Origin: Okamejei kenojei
Taxonomy: Eukaryota
Direction: 5' to 3'
Assembly (NCBI GenBank): GCA_035221665.1
Contig: CM069162.1
Span: forward strand, 16,306,001-16,370,000
Length of the DNA: 64,000 nt
Within the stretch, counting starts at the first letter, position 1; every line of letters begins with the position of its first letter. Under the pieces are notes generated by a model. It had not been told where the DNA came from. It saw only the letters and a program-made list of their open reading frames with translations, and searched no databases. The position numbers were made by a program, and so were the translations under genes. Positions 11,400-24,985 of this stretch are shown here, piece after piece.

Positions 11400-12020
11400 G
11401 AACCAAAGATCTTTGTCAAGGCCCCTGCAATGGGCCCCATAGTTCATGGCATGCAGAGTAATCCTGCCATCACACTGCTAGAGATCCTGTTATTTAATTT
11501 ATTAACTTACTCCTTAAATTCTCCTTGCTCCTCATCTCCCTTCCTACCTGTGACGTTGGTACCAAAATGGACCACAGCCTCCCTCTGTTCACCCTCCCCT
11601 CTCAGAATGTCCTGTGCTCGCTGCCTTAACCTTGGCACCAGGGAGGCAACAGAGCCTCCTGGAGTCTTGCTTGGGATTACATAAATGCCTGTTTGTACCA
11701 CTGACTATGGCTCACCTAGATTGAACCCTACTTGGCTGTTCAGCAGAGCCAGATGTGGTACCACTGTTCTGGTTACTACTACTATTTTCCCCCTCCACAG
11801 TATCTAGAATGGTATCCTTGTTTGAGAGGAAGATAGCCACACGAGAATCCTGCACTACCTGTCTGCCTCTCCTGGTGGTCACCCATCTATCTTCCTGAAC
11901 CTTTGAAGTGACCACCTGCCTATAACTACTGTATATAAACCCTTTCTGCATCCTATAGCTTCTCAGTCTGCCCAATTGCTGCTCCAATCGATCCACTGAT
12001 GGACACACTTCCTGCAGTTA
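11400..12020 (-). mobile_element. CR1 LINE ORF1 remnant (esterase/SGNH-like)
   Basis: PGGSVASLVPRL...EAVVHFGTNVTGRK and WVTTRRGRQVVQDSRVAIFLSNK resemble CR1 ORF1. Confidence 0.75.
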
Positions 12021-12296
12021 AATGTATTTCATTATGCCAGTACTGCAACCAAGTTTCTACCTCATATGCTGTACAGTGCCATTCATTGCACCTCTCAGAA
12101 TCAACTCTAGGCGGATGGTCAATGTGTGTGTAATGGGAAAGTGTTTGTTATAATGGCTTGTTTGTTATAATGGATAGTTCATTTTACTTAAAGTTAACAG
12201 GTTTAGGGGATGTTAATCTTGGTTGTGTCAAATTTCATATGATTTTATCAGAATATTTTTCTTGAGTAGTGATGATTCCTTTGTCTTTCTGAGCAG

Positions 12297-12430
12297 AAGA
12301 TTCGAGGAATCTCACAGAACAGGAGTTCCTATTACTGCACAGACAGGATCTTGCAGAGGCCGTCCAAGACGTGCAAGGTTTAGTGGAATCTGTGACAAAC
12401 TGTGATGATATCCCATTGCCAGAGAAAACG
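12297..12430 (+). CDS. ZBTB40: ZBTB40 coding exon 2 (central module 1, first half)
   Basis: Acceptor ...tttctgagcag| (NAGNAG alternative start at 12294), open frame EDSRNLTEQEFLLLHRQDLAEAVQDVQGLVESVTNCDDIPLPEKT, donor ACG|GTATTG; phase 1-0. Not in the supplied ORF track in this frame. Confidence 0.8.
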
Positions 12431-13164
12431 GTATTGACACACACAATTTTAAAGAAATATCTTTATGTCTTTCAAATGTGATTGCTTCTCTGACACCCCC
12501 CCCGAGCACTGGTGATGTGGCTCTTGCCTGAGCATTAATTATCTTATTAAGATAATACTTGATCCTTTCCCATTGAACAATGAGGCAGACTCCCCACATT
12601 TTTATGTCACTAGCACAGGGTCTCAGACTGCATTGTTTTTTGTAGAGGTGGTAGTGCATAGATTTAGGAGTCAAAGGGGAAAGTGAGTTATTATTTTAAG
12701 CTATTTTGATTTTATTTAACGTATTTAATTATTTGTGTTTTTAGTTAACATTTAAAATTTTTTAAATGTTTTAATTAAATGTTCTTTTTTTATATCTTGA
12801 TAGTTTTAATTGTCTCTAACAATGATTACACTTGGCAAACCCAGTCTTCCACTTTGCCATTTGCCAGGGACATTTTGTGATGAGGATATCTTCATTGTAT
12901 TACGTGATACACTTGCCATCTAGTCCATGTACCAGGACTTTTGGGGTGAATGTCCAGCGATATAATCCTTCTGCATCTATAAGTGCGTCTATCAGTCCAT
13001 GTAAGTGTAGGTATGGATGGACAGCAGGTAGTGTTCCTGGGTGACCGGACAGTGTTCCAGGGACTGATAGAGTGAGATAGTTTGGATTGGGTTTGCATGT
13101 TCTAGCCCATTAAATCACCTGGATAAGATAAATATAACTTATGTACACCTATGTTCTATTTCAG

Positions 13165-13363
13165 GTTTTCTTAGACTGCTGTAAAGAAGCAGAAAGCAGT
13201 GAGGTTTTCTGCAGATTACTGGACAGAATTACAGAAGCGAAGACTTTGCAACTGGAAACCCTGTTATTTGTGCTTCAACAGAGTAAAGAAGCTTACCCCA
13301 GACTGAAAACTGTACTTCAGAACTTAAACCAAAATCTGCCCATAGAGCATTTAATGCTAACTG
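13165..13363 (+). CDS. ZBTB40: ZBTB40 coding exon 3 (module 1, second half)
   Basis: tttcag|GTT TTC; VFLDCCKEAESSEVFCRLLDRITEAK...AYPRLKTVL; donor CTG|GTGAGT; phase 0-1. Confidence 0.88.
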
Positions 13364-14920
13364 GTGAGTTTGCTTTAACAGCTGGTTCTGAACGTTGATT
13401 TGTTAAATTGGTGATTTCATATTCTATAATTTGAGTCAAGACTTTGTATCCTGCTAAGAGGAAGTTGAGCTGTAAAACTCGGGTACATAAAACGACACAA
13501 AGTGCTGGAATAACTCAGCGGATCAGGCAGCATTTATGGAGTACATGGCTAGTCTTACGAGTTTTTCCTTATCCACTCTTACTAAACACTTCTTTTTTTT
13601 TTTTCTGTATCTCAGTAACCGTGACAATAATGAACTAAGTTAAACTAATACTCTTCTGTTAAAACAGTCTTGTAGGTTCTGACATTGTTCCAGAAGGCTA
13701 CAATATAACTGATTTATTGCCTAAAGTGTTTAGTTATTTTCTTCGGTATTATAAGCGTCCATTTGTTAAGCCAACAAATCTTTTCACTTTTTAAGTGCTT
13801 ATCAATACTTATGAATTTTTATCTGATAGGAAAATAACAGCCCACATGCTGATAAGGCAAACAGAACTGCATCAGATTACTTCTGTGGCCTGCATTTATA
13901 CTACCTTCAAGGATTATCCATCCTTCTTTTCCTTTGCTTTTATGCCTTAACTCATCCAGACATAAACTCTGGATTAAACATTAAACCTCTCCATCTCTTC
14001 CCTCCTTGAGGACGTTGAATAAAATGTACCTGTTTTGGTCACCTGAAATAAGATCACAAAGCTACATTTTGTCTGATGTTGTTTCTTTGATGAACCTTGA
14101 GGCATTTTTACTTAATTGCACAATAATAAAATTATTGCCAGCAGTTAGATTGTTGGTAAAGTGTAATGGTAAATAAGAGTGAGATAATTTGATGCTTCCA
14201 CACTACCTGTATTGTATGCTCATATTATTCTCGGACAAATTGGCACACTATTGCTCTGCTTCTTTGAGTACTAGTTCAAACATTTAACTTTGTCAATGTG
14301 TGCACTTCCTATCCATAAACATATTTGCAATTGTCATTGTTTTGGGCCCTCCTTTATAGGTCAACATTGAATTTGCCTTTGTAAATAAATTACAGTGAGA
14401 GTTTCTGATACAAAGAGATCGATGTGAAAATGTTGTTGCAGATTCTGGCCAGTAGATGGTTGTACAGCTCTACTTTATTCTGTACCATTGCATCCAGCTG
14501 CCATGGGACATTGACTAATCTATCTAACTGTTTTATAACTAAAAGATTGTAAAAAAACATAATAGTTTTTGCAGTCTGGGAAATGTTTCCATTTTGTAAT
14601 CTGAATCAATATCCTGGATCTTCCTTTTAGAAGGCACTACCATACTGAGCAGAAACATGGGATTCCTTAGGGAGGGCATCAGTCCTAAATGTTTGCATAT
14701 GACCAGCACTCTTGGGCCAACAGCACCTTGCCATGGACTCGTCATTTGGACCTTAAATTTTGGCTAAGAAATTATGGGATCATGGAAAGTTTATGACACA
14801 GAAGGGCACCATTTGGTCTATCATGTCTAATATCTGTGAACTCTAGACTAATTCCAACTTACTGAAATAAGGCCATAGTATATACTAATTGGCTTTCAAG
14901 TACATGTCCAAGTACTTTAT

Positions 14921-16061
14921 TAGGGTATTAGGGGTTCAGTATTGATGTGGATTGAGAACTGGCTGGCAAACAGGAAGCAAAGAGTAGGAGTAAACGGGTC
15001 CTTTTCACAATGGCAGGCAGTAACTAGTGGGGTACCGCAGGGCTCAGTGCTGGGACCCCAGCTATTTACAATATATATTAATGATCTGGATGAGGGAATT
15101 GAAGGCAATATCTCCAAGTTTGCGGATGACACTAAGCTGGGGGGCAGTGTTCGCTGTGAGGAGGATGCTAGGAGACTGCAAGGTGACTTGGATAGGCTGG
15201 GTGAGTGGGCAAATGTTTGGCAGATGCAGTATAATGTGGATAAATGTGAGGTTATCCACTTTGGTGGCAAAAACAGGAAAGCAGACTATTATTTAAATGG
15301 TGGCCGATTAGGAAAAGGGGAGATGCAGCGAGACCTGGGTGTCATGGTACACCAGTCATTGAAAGTAGGCATGCAGGTGCAGCAGGCAGTGAAAAAAGCG
15401 AATGGTATGTTAGCTTTCATAGCAAAAGGATTTGAGTACAGGAGCAGGGAGGTTCTACTTCAGTTGTACAGGGTCTTGGTGAGACCACACCTGGAGTATT
15501 GCGTACAGTTTTGGTCTCCAAATCTGAGGAAGGACATTATTGCCATAGAGGGAGTGCAGAGAAGGTTCACCAGACTGATTCCTGGGATGTCAGGACTGTC
15601 TTATGAAGAAAGACTGGATAGGCTCGGTTTATACTCTCTGGAATTTAGGAGATTGAGAGGGGATCTTATAGAAACCTACAAAATTCTTAAGGGGTTGGAC
15701 AGGCTAGATGCAGGAAGATTGTTCCCGATGTTGGGGAAGTCCAGGACAAGGGGTCACAGCTTAAGGATAAGGGGGAAATCCTTTAAGACCGAGATGAGAA
15801 AGACTTTTTTCACACAGAGAGTGGTAAGTCTCTGGAACTCTCTGCCACAGAGGGTAGTTGAGGCCAGTTCATTGGCTATATTTAAGAGTGAGTTGGATGT
15901 GGCCCTTGTGGCTAAGGGGATCAGAGGGTATGGAGAGAAGGCAGGTACGGGATACTGAGTTGGATGATCAGCCATGATCATATTGAATGGCGGTGCAGGC
16001 TCGAAGGGCTGAATGGCCTACTCCTGCACCTAATTTCTATGTTTCTATGTTTCTATGTTTC
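14921..16061 (+). mobile_element. Young 5'-truncated CR1 LINE (RT C-terminus, 3' UTR, tail)
   Basis: Uninterrupted 338-aa frame with SGVPQGSVLGP, KFADD and RPHLEYCVQFWSP; (TTTCTATG)n tail; 8-bp TSD TACTTTAT (14913-14920 and 16062-16069). Confidence 0.96.
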
Positions 16062-17234
16062 TACTTTATAACTGATGAGGATTTCTGCCTGTATTACCCT
16101 TGACAGCAATGAATCTCAGTCATCTTCTGGCTGATTAATATACTCCACAGAAGAGTACAGAAGTAAACCTGAACTAAAGTAAATTCATATCAATGAGAAA
16201 ATATGCTAGAGGTTGTAAAAGCTAATAAATCCTCAGGTCATTATAATTTGCATCCCAGGGTACTAAAAGAGGAAACTGTGCAAAGAACGGATGAATTGGT
16301 CATCTTTATCCAGAATTCTATAGATTATGGAATAGTTCCTCAAGATTGAAGAGTGATAAATATAATTCCACTATTAAAAAATGAGTAACAAAAAACTGCA
16401 GATCAACTATCGATTAGTAGTGGGGAAAAATGCTATATTTAAATCTATTACATTTGTTTTGGAAAATGTTGCTGGTAAAATAGATGAGAGACGCAGTATA
16501 TATTATGTACTAAGGTTTTCAAAAAGCTTTTGATAAAGACACACAAAAGGTTATTATGCAAAATAAAAGAGCATGGCATTGGGATAATTGCTCGGATTGA
16601 AAATTGGAGACTTACTGTGACAGTAAGTGAGAATAAATTGCTCTATATTGGACTGACGGGCACTATTAGGAATATTTTGAAGCTTGCTAACAAAGTTAAA
16701 CAGAGAGGAGTTACACTGTGAGGAGGATGTCTCGTGGCTTTAAAGTATACCTTGTCGATCTTGCCCACTACATCCAGGGTGCTGATGTGGATTTTCTTCT
16801 GTTGCTTGATGTTCAGTTCCATTCACAACTTACTGGTGTCATTTCACTTATTTATAGTTCGTATGCTTCGGCAGATCTTTACATTGATGGGTTGCAGACA
16901 AATAATAATGATCAAATTGAGTAGGCATTTAAATGTTGAAATCTACAGCCTTCAATGTCTTTTATCCACTGTATTTCAAGTGGGCAGTAGTTTCAAGTTT
17001 CTCTATTACACAACCTTTACACAAAGAATCAAAATGTCTGTGTTACTAGAGAGAATATAAATAGTATTAACGGTGCCTTTTATTAAACTGTTCATCTTGT
17101 CTTTACAAAAGTTGGATGTGCCTTAATAATTGTATTGAGATGGTAGACTTATACTTTACATAAGTATTCCCAGTGTGCTTGAAATGGCTATTTATGAAAT
17201 AGACGAAGAAAAATAAAATTGTATTTTCATATTG

Positions 17235-17540
17235 GTTTTTGGGTTCACAAGGTATCTCAAAGTGCTTCGTAGCTAATGAAGTACTTCTGCAGTATAGTCA
17301 CTGTTAGAATGTAGGAAATATGATAGCCAATTTTACGTATGGAAAGATAATGTGATAATGACTAAATGATCTGTTTAATGATGTTAAATTAATGTTAAAT
17401 ATTAGCTGTGCCATTCTTCATAACGCCCTTGCACTTCAATACAATAGTGCCATGGGACCTTTTACATCCACATAAGCAATGGGCTTATGTGGATGTAAAT
17501 GTCTTATTCAATAGGTTGTGCCTCCCACAGTATCAGTATT
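17235..17540 (-). mobile_element. Ancient Deu-domain SINE relic (SacSINE1/AmnSINE-like)
   Basis: Reverse complement reads ...AAATTGGCTATCATATTTCCTACATTCTAACAGTGACT...AGTACTTCATTAGCT..., resembling the DeuSINE 3' region as recalled; related copies at 19555-19690 (-) and 48340-48470 (+). Confidence 0.6.
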
Positions 17541-18678
17541 GGTTTATTATTTCTTGTGTACTGAGAAGGAGTGAAAAGGTTTGATTTGCTTGCTTTCCAG
17601 GCAAGTCATACCATACAAGAGTATATCTGGTAGAGCAAAAAAGGAAAATAACCAGAGTGCAGAATAACCAGTCCAGAGTACAGAATTATAGTTGTTACAG
17701 CTATAGAGAAAGTACAGATTTAAAAAAAAAGTGCAAGGGCTACAAGGAGGTAGGTTAGAAGATTGGGAAGATCAAGAAGTGCAGCACTCCCTCATAAATA
17801 TTCTTTATGTCGGCATAGATTTTTGTGCTAAATTCCCTGGCATTTGATGTTCCAGATTTGATACAAGTGTGTTACCTCCAACTATGTGCATGCTGCTGCA
17901 CATTGACAGAATGGAATAATAAGTGCTTTCATCATCTTTCAGAGATGCACACCGTTGAGACATTGTGCATGCACAAACTAGGAATGGGCTCAGGCAATTT
18001 GAATCCTCAATCCGGCTTTCACATTTAGTAAGATCACAGCTTACCTGATTGTGACGTCAACTTTGTGTTCCTATTTATCTTGCATCCCACAGCTATCTAC
18101 ATCTGAGGCGCACTGCCTCCACACTTCGGAATGTGGATACTGGCTGACTACACAATGTTAAGTTCTATTCAGAACTACTTATTGGCATGGACATTTGCAT
18201 GGTTTTCACAGATTTATAAAGAGTGTGGGTTGGCAGACTAATGTTGTGATGCTTAATTGAGCAAGGAGTCTAATTTCAAAGCAAGTTATTCTTAGACCAA
18301 GTCCAAATTTTTATCTTCTCCTGGCGAAGATGCACATTTGTGCAGGATATCCACGTTGACTAAATGAGAGAGAGCAAATGAATTCATACGATACTTAGTT
18401 ACTTTAATTATAAAGTAGAAACTATTGCAAATCTTCAGTGGGTCTATGGATGGAGAAGCAGAGTCAACATTGCAGCTTCTTTCAGCTGAGGTAACATCAA
18501 ACTATAATGTTAACTGTGCCTGTTTCTCCACAAGTGCTGCTTAAACCTATAAGGATTTCAAGTATTCTGTTTTAAATCAACTTTCTAGTATTTACATTAA
18601 TTTTCTCAAGATACATCCATTGATCTTATCTAATTTTGTATAAAAAATCTTTACTCATTGACTGTTTCTACCATGTAG

Positions 18679-18818
18679 GCCGTATTGACACAGAAGATTT
18701 TTTGCTCAATCTTTATTTACACAAAGACGAGTTCTTGGAATGCGTGACAGATTTGAGTCCTTTATTGGCGTGTCTTGAGTCTGCTGAGGAAACCATTTTC
18801 AATGAAGAGGAGAAAAGG
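18679..18818 (+). CDS. ZBTB40: ZBTB40 coding exon 4 (module 2, first half)
   Basis: atgtag|GC; GRIDTEDFLLNLYLHKDEFLECVTDLSPLLACLESAEETIFNEEEKR; donor AGG|GTAATT; phase 1-0. Confidence 0.85.
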
Positions 18819-19038
18819 GTAATTTTTCTAGATTATTTATTTATCCTTTTCTGGTTATATTCTGAGTGCAGGTAGATGGGACTAGGGGAAAACAAATGGA
18901 CGGCATGGACTTGAAGGGCCGAGAGGGCCTGTTTCCGTGCTGTAATTGTTATATGGTTATATGGTTATTTACCGTTCGCTCAGAGTTTTTCTTGTTACTA
19001 ACAAGAAATCTAGTCACGGTAAACATATTGATATTTAG

Positions 19039-19231
19039 GTGATTGCGGAATGCTGCGAAGGAGAGACACCCAGAAATGCCATGGCTAAGTTATTGAGGAA
19101 AACAATTGAAGAGAGACAATTAAGTGCTGAGACTGCACTAAATCTTCTTCAAAAAATGAAAGAGGTTTACCCTGTTCTACAGTCATTACTAAGGACTCTC
19201 ACTGAAGAACCAGGAATAACTACAAAGTCAG
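19039..19231 (+). CDS. ZBTB40: ZBTB40 coding exon 5 (module 2, second half)
   Basis: tttag|GTG; VIAECCEGETPRNAMAKLLRKTIEERQLSAETALNLLQKMKEVYPVLQSLL; donor CAG|GTTAGT; phase 0-1. Confidence 0.9.
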
Positions 19232-19289
19232 GTTAGTTACATCAATTCCCTTCATGATTCTGATTATTCGTATATTTCCATAATATTCG

Positions 19290-19552
19290 CTCCCTTTCTC
19301 TCGGTGGCTTTCCCTGCAAACCCAGGAGGTGCAAAACATGTGCCTTTTACCGTTTTCCTTCCCACCATCCAGGGATTAGTGTAACAGCAATTCACTGCTG
19401 TTCATTCCAATTTAGTGCATTGCATTTGGTGCTGAGAGCGAACAACCAGCTCCTCTAGTGTACAAACCAAATGCAAGTTGGGTGACAGCCTTGCCAAATG
19501 CCTCTATTCAGTCCAGAGTGATGACCCTGAACTTCTGGTTGCCCACTACTTT
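19290..19552 (+). mobile_element. Degraded Penelope GIY-YIG fragment
   Basis: Nucleotide similarity to the Penelope copies at 8480-8600 and 38180-38450. Confidence 0.6.
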
Positions 19553-20749
19553 AAGGTAGTCACTAATGTAATGTAGGAAACATGACAGCTAATTTTATGC
19601 ATGGAACGATAAAGTGATAATGACCAAATAATCTGTATAATGCTGTTAAATTAGTGATAAATATTGGCTGTGACATTCTTGGTACCTCCCTTACACTTTT
19701 ACAAAATGGATGTAAAATGTAGACATTTTATATCTGCACAAGAAAAGTTTGGTCCTCTTTTTAGTGTATTATTCAATGCCACCCATAGAATTGGTATTAT
19801 TTTATTATCCCATTCCAACTTGGACCCTTCTGTCTTTGGTCTCGTACACTGTTCCGATGAATCCCACAACCGGCATCCCATCTTCTGATTGGATATATTG
19901 TAACCATCAAGACTCAGCATTGAATTCAACAATTTCAAAGAACAAGATTCTATCAGGATTGACCAGTTTCGATCAAACCATGAAACATTTTTTTTTCTCT
20001 CTTGACTTAAACTGCCTGATTGAGTATCTTTATTCTCTTTCTTATCAACCTACTAACATTTTTGCAATTCCAGTATTGTTTTCCTCTTTCTTCTGCATTC
20101 TCATTCATTTTCATCTTCACTCATCTCATCCAGACAGATCAGCTGCTCTTTACAAGCCTCCATCACCCTTTATCTACAGACACCACCTCCACTCAGAGAG
20201 ATGTACAGCATAGAAACAAGCCCTTCGCTACACCACATACACACTAGCCTTTTTGCACATTAATCAATTTGCATGCAGCCACAGCAATTTTCTGTCATTT
20301 AGGCTTTCGTGTACTCCGCTCTATCACAGAAGGTTCATTTCTTTTCTCCACCTCTCCTACCTCTGCAGCTGAAAACATGTTTGATTTTGAATTTATAATC
20401 TTATAAGATTTACTCTCTTCTCATAGTGACTGCCTGGTCTATTGAGTATTCCCAGAATTTCTGTTTTTAATTATTTCAATAAAAATGGTTCTTTTTCAGT
20501 GAAGCACTTCCTGACAGAGTGGTTTAGCCTAATTCATGAGAGTAGTCTGTGACACTAAAACCCAAAACATGAATAGTAAGAAAGGAACTGCTAACCCATC
20601 AAACTATATCAGTAAGCAAAGAACACTTTATTGTCTTGTTTAGCGATATATATGGATGTTTGTACAGCATCATTATGCAGAATGTGCGGCATATCATATT
20701 ACTGCACAACTTCATCAATGTTTGGACGGAGTTTATACGTGAGAATAAG

Positions 20750-22945
20750 GTTCCAAATGGTAAACTTCTCTGGAAGGTTTGATCGCTTGGGATCCAAGGA
20801 GAAATAACCGACTGGATATAGAATTGGCTTTATGGAAAGAAGCAGAGGTTGCTGATGGAGGGTTGTTTTTTTCGACTGGGGACCTTTGACTAATGGTTTG
20901 CCTCGGGGATCAGTGCTGGGCCCTTTGCTGTTTAAGGTTTATATCAATGATTTGGATGAGAATGTACAAAGCATGATTAGTAAGTTTGCAGATTAAACAA
21001 ATGTGGTTGGTATCATAGTTGGCAAAGATGGTTATGAAAAAGTGATATATAGGAGCTTGTGTGGGCAGCCAGGGCTCACTGTTCCACCATTCAGTGAGAT
21101 CATGGCTGATCATCTCATGACATTACTTCCACTTTCTTGCCTAATCCCAATCACCATTAGTTCTTATAAAGTCTAAAAATCGATCTCATCCCTGATTACC
21201 ATCCCTAGTAATGTAATCTTCACAGTTACCTGCGTTAGAATTCCAAAGATTCACAGCTCCATGGAAAAAAGAAACTCATCCGTTCCACGTGCAATAGAAG
21301 CCAAAGACCCATTTGTTTTCCTCATTGTTTGTGTACCTTGTATTGTGTTCTTGAAATAAAATTATAGCAATTAAGTAGACAGCAGTGGATAAAATGAAAG
21401 CACTGGGTGAAGAAGAAAGGAACTAGCTGGGCACCAGAAATATTTTTGTTTTCTTTACTTTTGCAAATAGAAAACAATAGACGTCTAATATAAGCAATTA
21501 AGTATTTCAGATTAGTAATGATTAAGTTTCAGTAGTAACCTTAATTTTAACCTTAAACACAGCAGATTTAAGAAGTTACAACTATTATCTCCTTTGCTAT
21601 CCTCTGGTAGACCATGCAAGGTCCTGGGTCAATCCCTTCCCACCCTCAGTCTCCCCCCATCCTGTGCAGTTTTTAAAATGTGGATCATGATTCAGTTTAA
21701 TATCCTGTGGGGTAACAATTGTTATTTTTAACTTTATTATAAAGTTTTGGGAACTGATGAGCATGCTAAAAAAGGAAATTAGGAGGGCAAAAGTGAGAGG
21801 GGAGATAGCTCTGCAAGGTAATATTTAAGGATAATCCCATGAGATTTTATGTACATGCAGGGAAAAGGGGTAGCCAGAGAGAAAATCGAGCTTCTCAGGA
21901 ATCAGCTCTGGAACCACAGAAGATTTGCAAGGTTCTCTATGGGTATTTCTCCTTGTTTTACCATGGAGAAAGACATGAGGACTGGGAACTTGGGATAGTC
22001 AATAGAAGTGTCTTGAGGGCAGCCAGTATTACGGTCGAGGAGATACTCAAGGTCCTAAAGTGTATGAATATAGACAAATCTCCCTGGTCTGAAAGGATAT
22101 ATCCGAGGACACTGGGGAGCTAGGGAGGAAATTACAGGTGCCCTGGATGAGATTTAAGAGTTGCCATTAAATACGGGTGGGGTGCTGGAAGACTGGAGGA
22201 TGCAGTCTGTATTAAAAAAGGACTGCAGGGAAAAGCCTGGCAACTACAGGCCAGTGAGTCTAACATCTGTGGTTGGAAAGTTACTAGAGAGTACTCTGAT
22301 GGATAAGAGATGTGTGTATTTAGATGGACATGGGCTGATTAGGAATAGTAAGGATGGTTTTGTATGTGGGAGATCATTTATCACAAACCTTATTGAGTTT
22401 TTTCAAGATGTAACCAAAACGGTGATGAGGGCAGAGCTGTAGATGTATATTTGACAAGGTTCCTCAAGGTAGACTGCTCTGGAAGGTCAGATCGCATGGG
22501 ATCCAAGGAGAGATAGCCGACTGAATAGAAAATTGGCATCATGGAAGGAAGCAGAGGGTGATGGTGGATGGTTGTTTTTTGACTGGAGGCCTGTGACTAG
22601 TGGTGTGCCTCAGGGTTCGGTGCTGGGCCCATTGTTTGTCATCTATATCAATGATGAGAACAAATTAGCAAGTTGGTAAATTAGCCTAAACTAGGTGATA
22701 TTGTAGATGGTGAAGATGGTTGTCAAATATTACAGTGGGATCTTGATCAGTTGGGCTAAGGAATGGTTGGTGGAATTTAATACAGAGAAGTGCGAGGTGT
22801 TGCATTTTGGGAAGTCTAACCAGGGCAGAATTTCCACAGGCAGGGTTCTGGGGAGTGTTGTGGAGCAGACGGATTGAGGAATGCAAGTACATAGCTCCTT
22901 AAGAATGGTGTCACAAGTAGATAGTGTGGCCAAGAAGGCTTTCGT
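20750..22945 (+). mobile_element. Two degraded CR1 ORF2/RT fragments (about 20750-21060 and 21760-22945)
   Basis: KPGNYRPVSLTSVVGKLLE and ACTAGTGGTGTGCCTCAGGGTTCGGTGCTGGGCCC (SGVPQGSVLGP), with stops. Confidence 0.85.
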
Positions 22946-23411
22946 TACAGCCTTTCTGAGATTCTGCACTCTTCCCTTGTATGGCCTCCTGTTTATCCAT
23001 AAATTCCACTACTTCACCATTTGCAGTCTGCCTGAAATTTCTTCTACACCTTTTGGCATCTCAGCCTCTACCCTCTCTCAAAATAGTCCCTAATATTGTT
23101 TGCTTGGCCAGGCTTTGGGTTATTTGCCTTCATATCTCCTTATGTCAGGTAATATATTTTATTTTATAATAATCAAGTGAAGCCATTGGGACCTTTAAAA
23201 TATACTTGTGTATTAAATATTTGATAACTTTTCAGTGTCAGTCGTTCCTACAATGTGGCTAGAATTTTTTATTTCCTTCTACTTATGAGGCACCATTTTT
23301 ATAAAATCTTAAAACAATTATGTCAATACAAGTTATTGTTTTGGCTGTACTTCATAGCATTGTTAAATGGGTTATTGATAATTTAACTAAATATGTTTTT
23401 ATTCTGGGCAG

Positions 23412-23548
23412 GGGTGAAAAACCTTGAAGATTGTGCATTTGACTTGCTCAGGAGATATCAAGAGAATATTGTTGATGTGGTGGTTGAGCTTCAAACCCTG
23501 CACAATGTCTTGTCTATTTCAGAGGATATATCTGATGATGACAAACAG
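23412..23548 (+). CDS. ZBTB40: ZBTB40 coding exon 6 (module 3, first half)
   Basis: gggcag|GG; GVKNLEDCAFDLLRRYQENIVDVVVELQTLHNVLSISEDISDDDKQ; donor CAG|GTGTGT; phase 1-0. Confidence 0.85.
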
Positions 23549-24682
23549 GTGTGTTTTTTTTTAATATGACTAAGCATGATATTGTATCTTAATAGTTTTA
23601 GATTCTTGATGTATTGGTAGATATGCTTTTGTTAATTTTTCCATACAATATAATCAAGAGAGAGCCCTCTTTAACCCCTTTTCATTCACCTTCTGTTTCT
23701 AGTTCCATCCACCTACTAGCAACACATTTCGTCCATCTTCTGCCCTCCATCTCATCTGGCTCTGGTTCCATCTGCCCTTCACCTCGCCCTATATTCTCAT
23801 TGTCATTGTCTTTAAGTATCCAATTCCAGCACTGGATGCCTTTGTGTTCACGATGAACATAAGATCATTAATGATAGGAGTAGAATTAGGCCATTCAGCC
23901 CATTGTCTACTAAGCCATTCAATCATGGCTGATCTATCTCTCCCTCCTAACCCTATTCTCCTGTCTTCTCCCCATAACCTCTGATGATTGTCCACTTGTC
24001 TGATTCCACCTTCACCTTCCCCATATCCTACCTGACTCCATCTGCCTTTTTCTTTGTCATCTGTTGCCATCCATCACCCACTTGCCTTTGTCTCCCAACT
24101 CCCAAATGATGATTCAATAATGTCCCTTAGTGGGTCTGGCCGATGTGCGACTCCAGACTCACAGTAATTTGATTGACTGTTAACTAGCCTCTGAGGCAGC
24201 CTAGCATGGAACCTTGTTCAGGAGTAGTTATGGATGTGCACAGCTATTGGCCTTTCCATGTCCATCTGTTGTGGAAGAGCATCTCAGAGTTGGTGCCATT
24301 GTTATAACTGGCTTTTATTCAATCAACTGCAGTAGAAGGATACATGCCGATGAGATCGGATCGAAAAAGCAAAATGCAGAGGGGTTTAATCCTTTTAGAT
24401 ACAACAACAATACATTGCAGGTGATTGGCAACATGTCTGATGTGATGGTGACCATTTTTGGTGAGGCTAGTCAGGCAGTGTAGAATCTGGGATGTCAGAG
24501 AGTCTTAGATGCAGTACAGGTGTATTTCAGTGGTGCCAAATTGCTGCACTAACCCATATCCCTTGTTTCCCTTACAATTCAAAATGTATTGCTATTTGTC
24601 TTGAATATACCAGTGACAGTTTCTATGTAGATCTCTTGCATCGAGAATTGCAAAAATTCTAAATGTTGTTGTAGACCCTTGT

Positions 24683-24985
24683 TTAGAGGTACAGAATGGA
24701 AATTGGCCCTTCAGCCCACCGAGTCCTTGACGACCATAAATCACCTGTTTACACTAGTTCAAAGTTATCCCATTTCCTGCAAGCTAAGGAGCAATTTACA
24801 GAAGTCAATTAATTAACAAACCTGCATGTCTTTGGGATGTTGGAGGAAACTAGAGCACCCTGAGGAATCCCACACAGTCACCTTGGCAGAACGTGCAAAC
24901 TCAACACAGAGAGTACCAAAGGTCAGGATTAAACCAAGGTCCCTGGCACTGTGAGGAAGCAGCACTACCAGCCCTAGCTGCACCA
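24683..24985 (-). mobile_element. HE1-like tRNA-derived SINE
   Basis: Reverse complement of the family seen at 29158 and 34945. Confidence 0.8.

Noticed and set aside
14942-15958. 338-aa ORF as a host gene
   Set aside because: It is the RT C-terminus of a 5'-truncated CR1 with tail and TSD.
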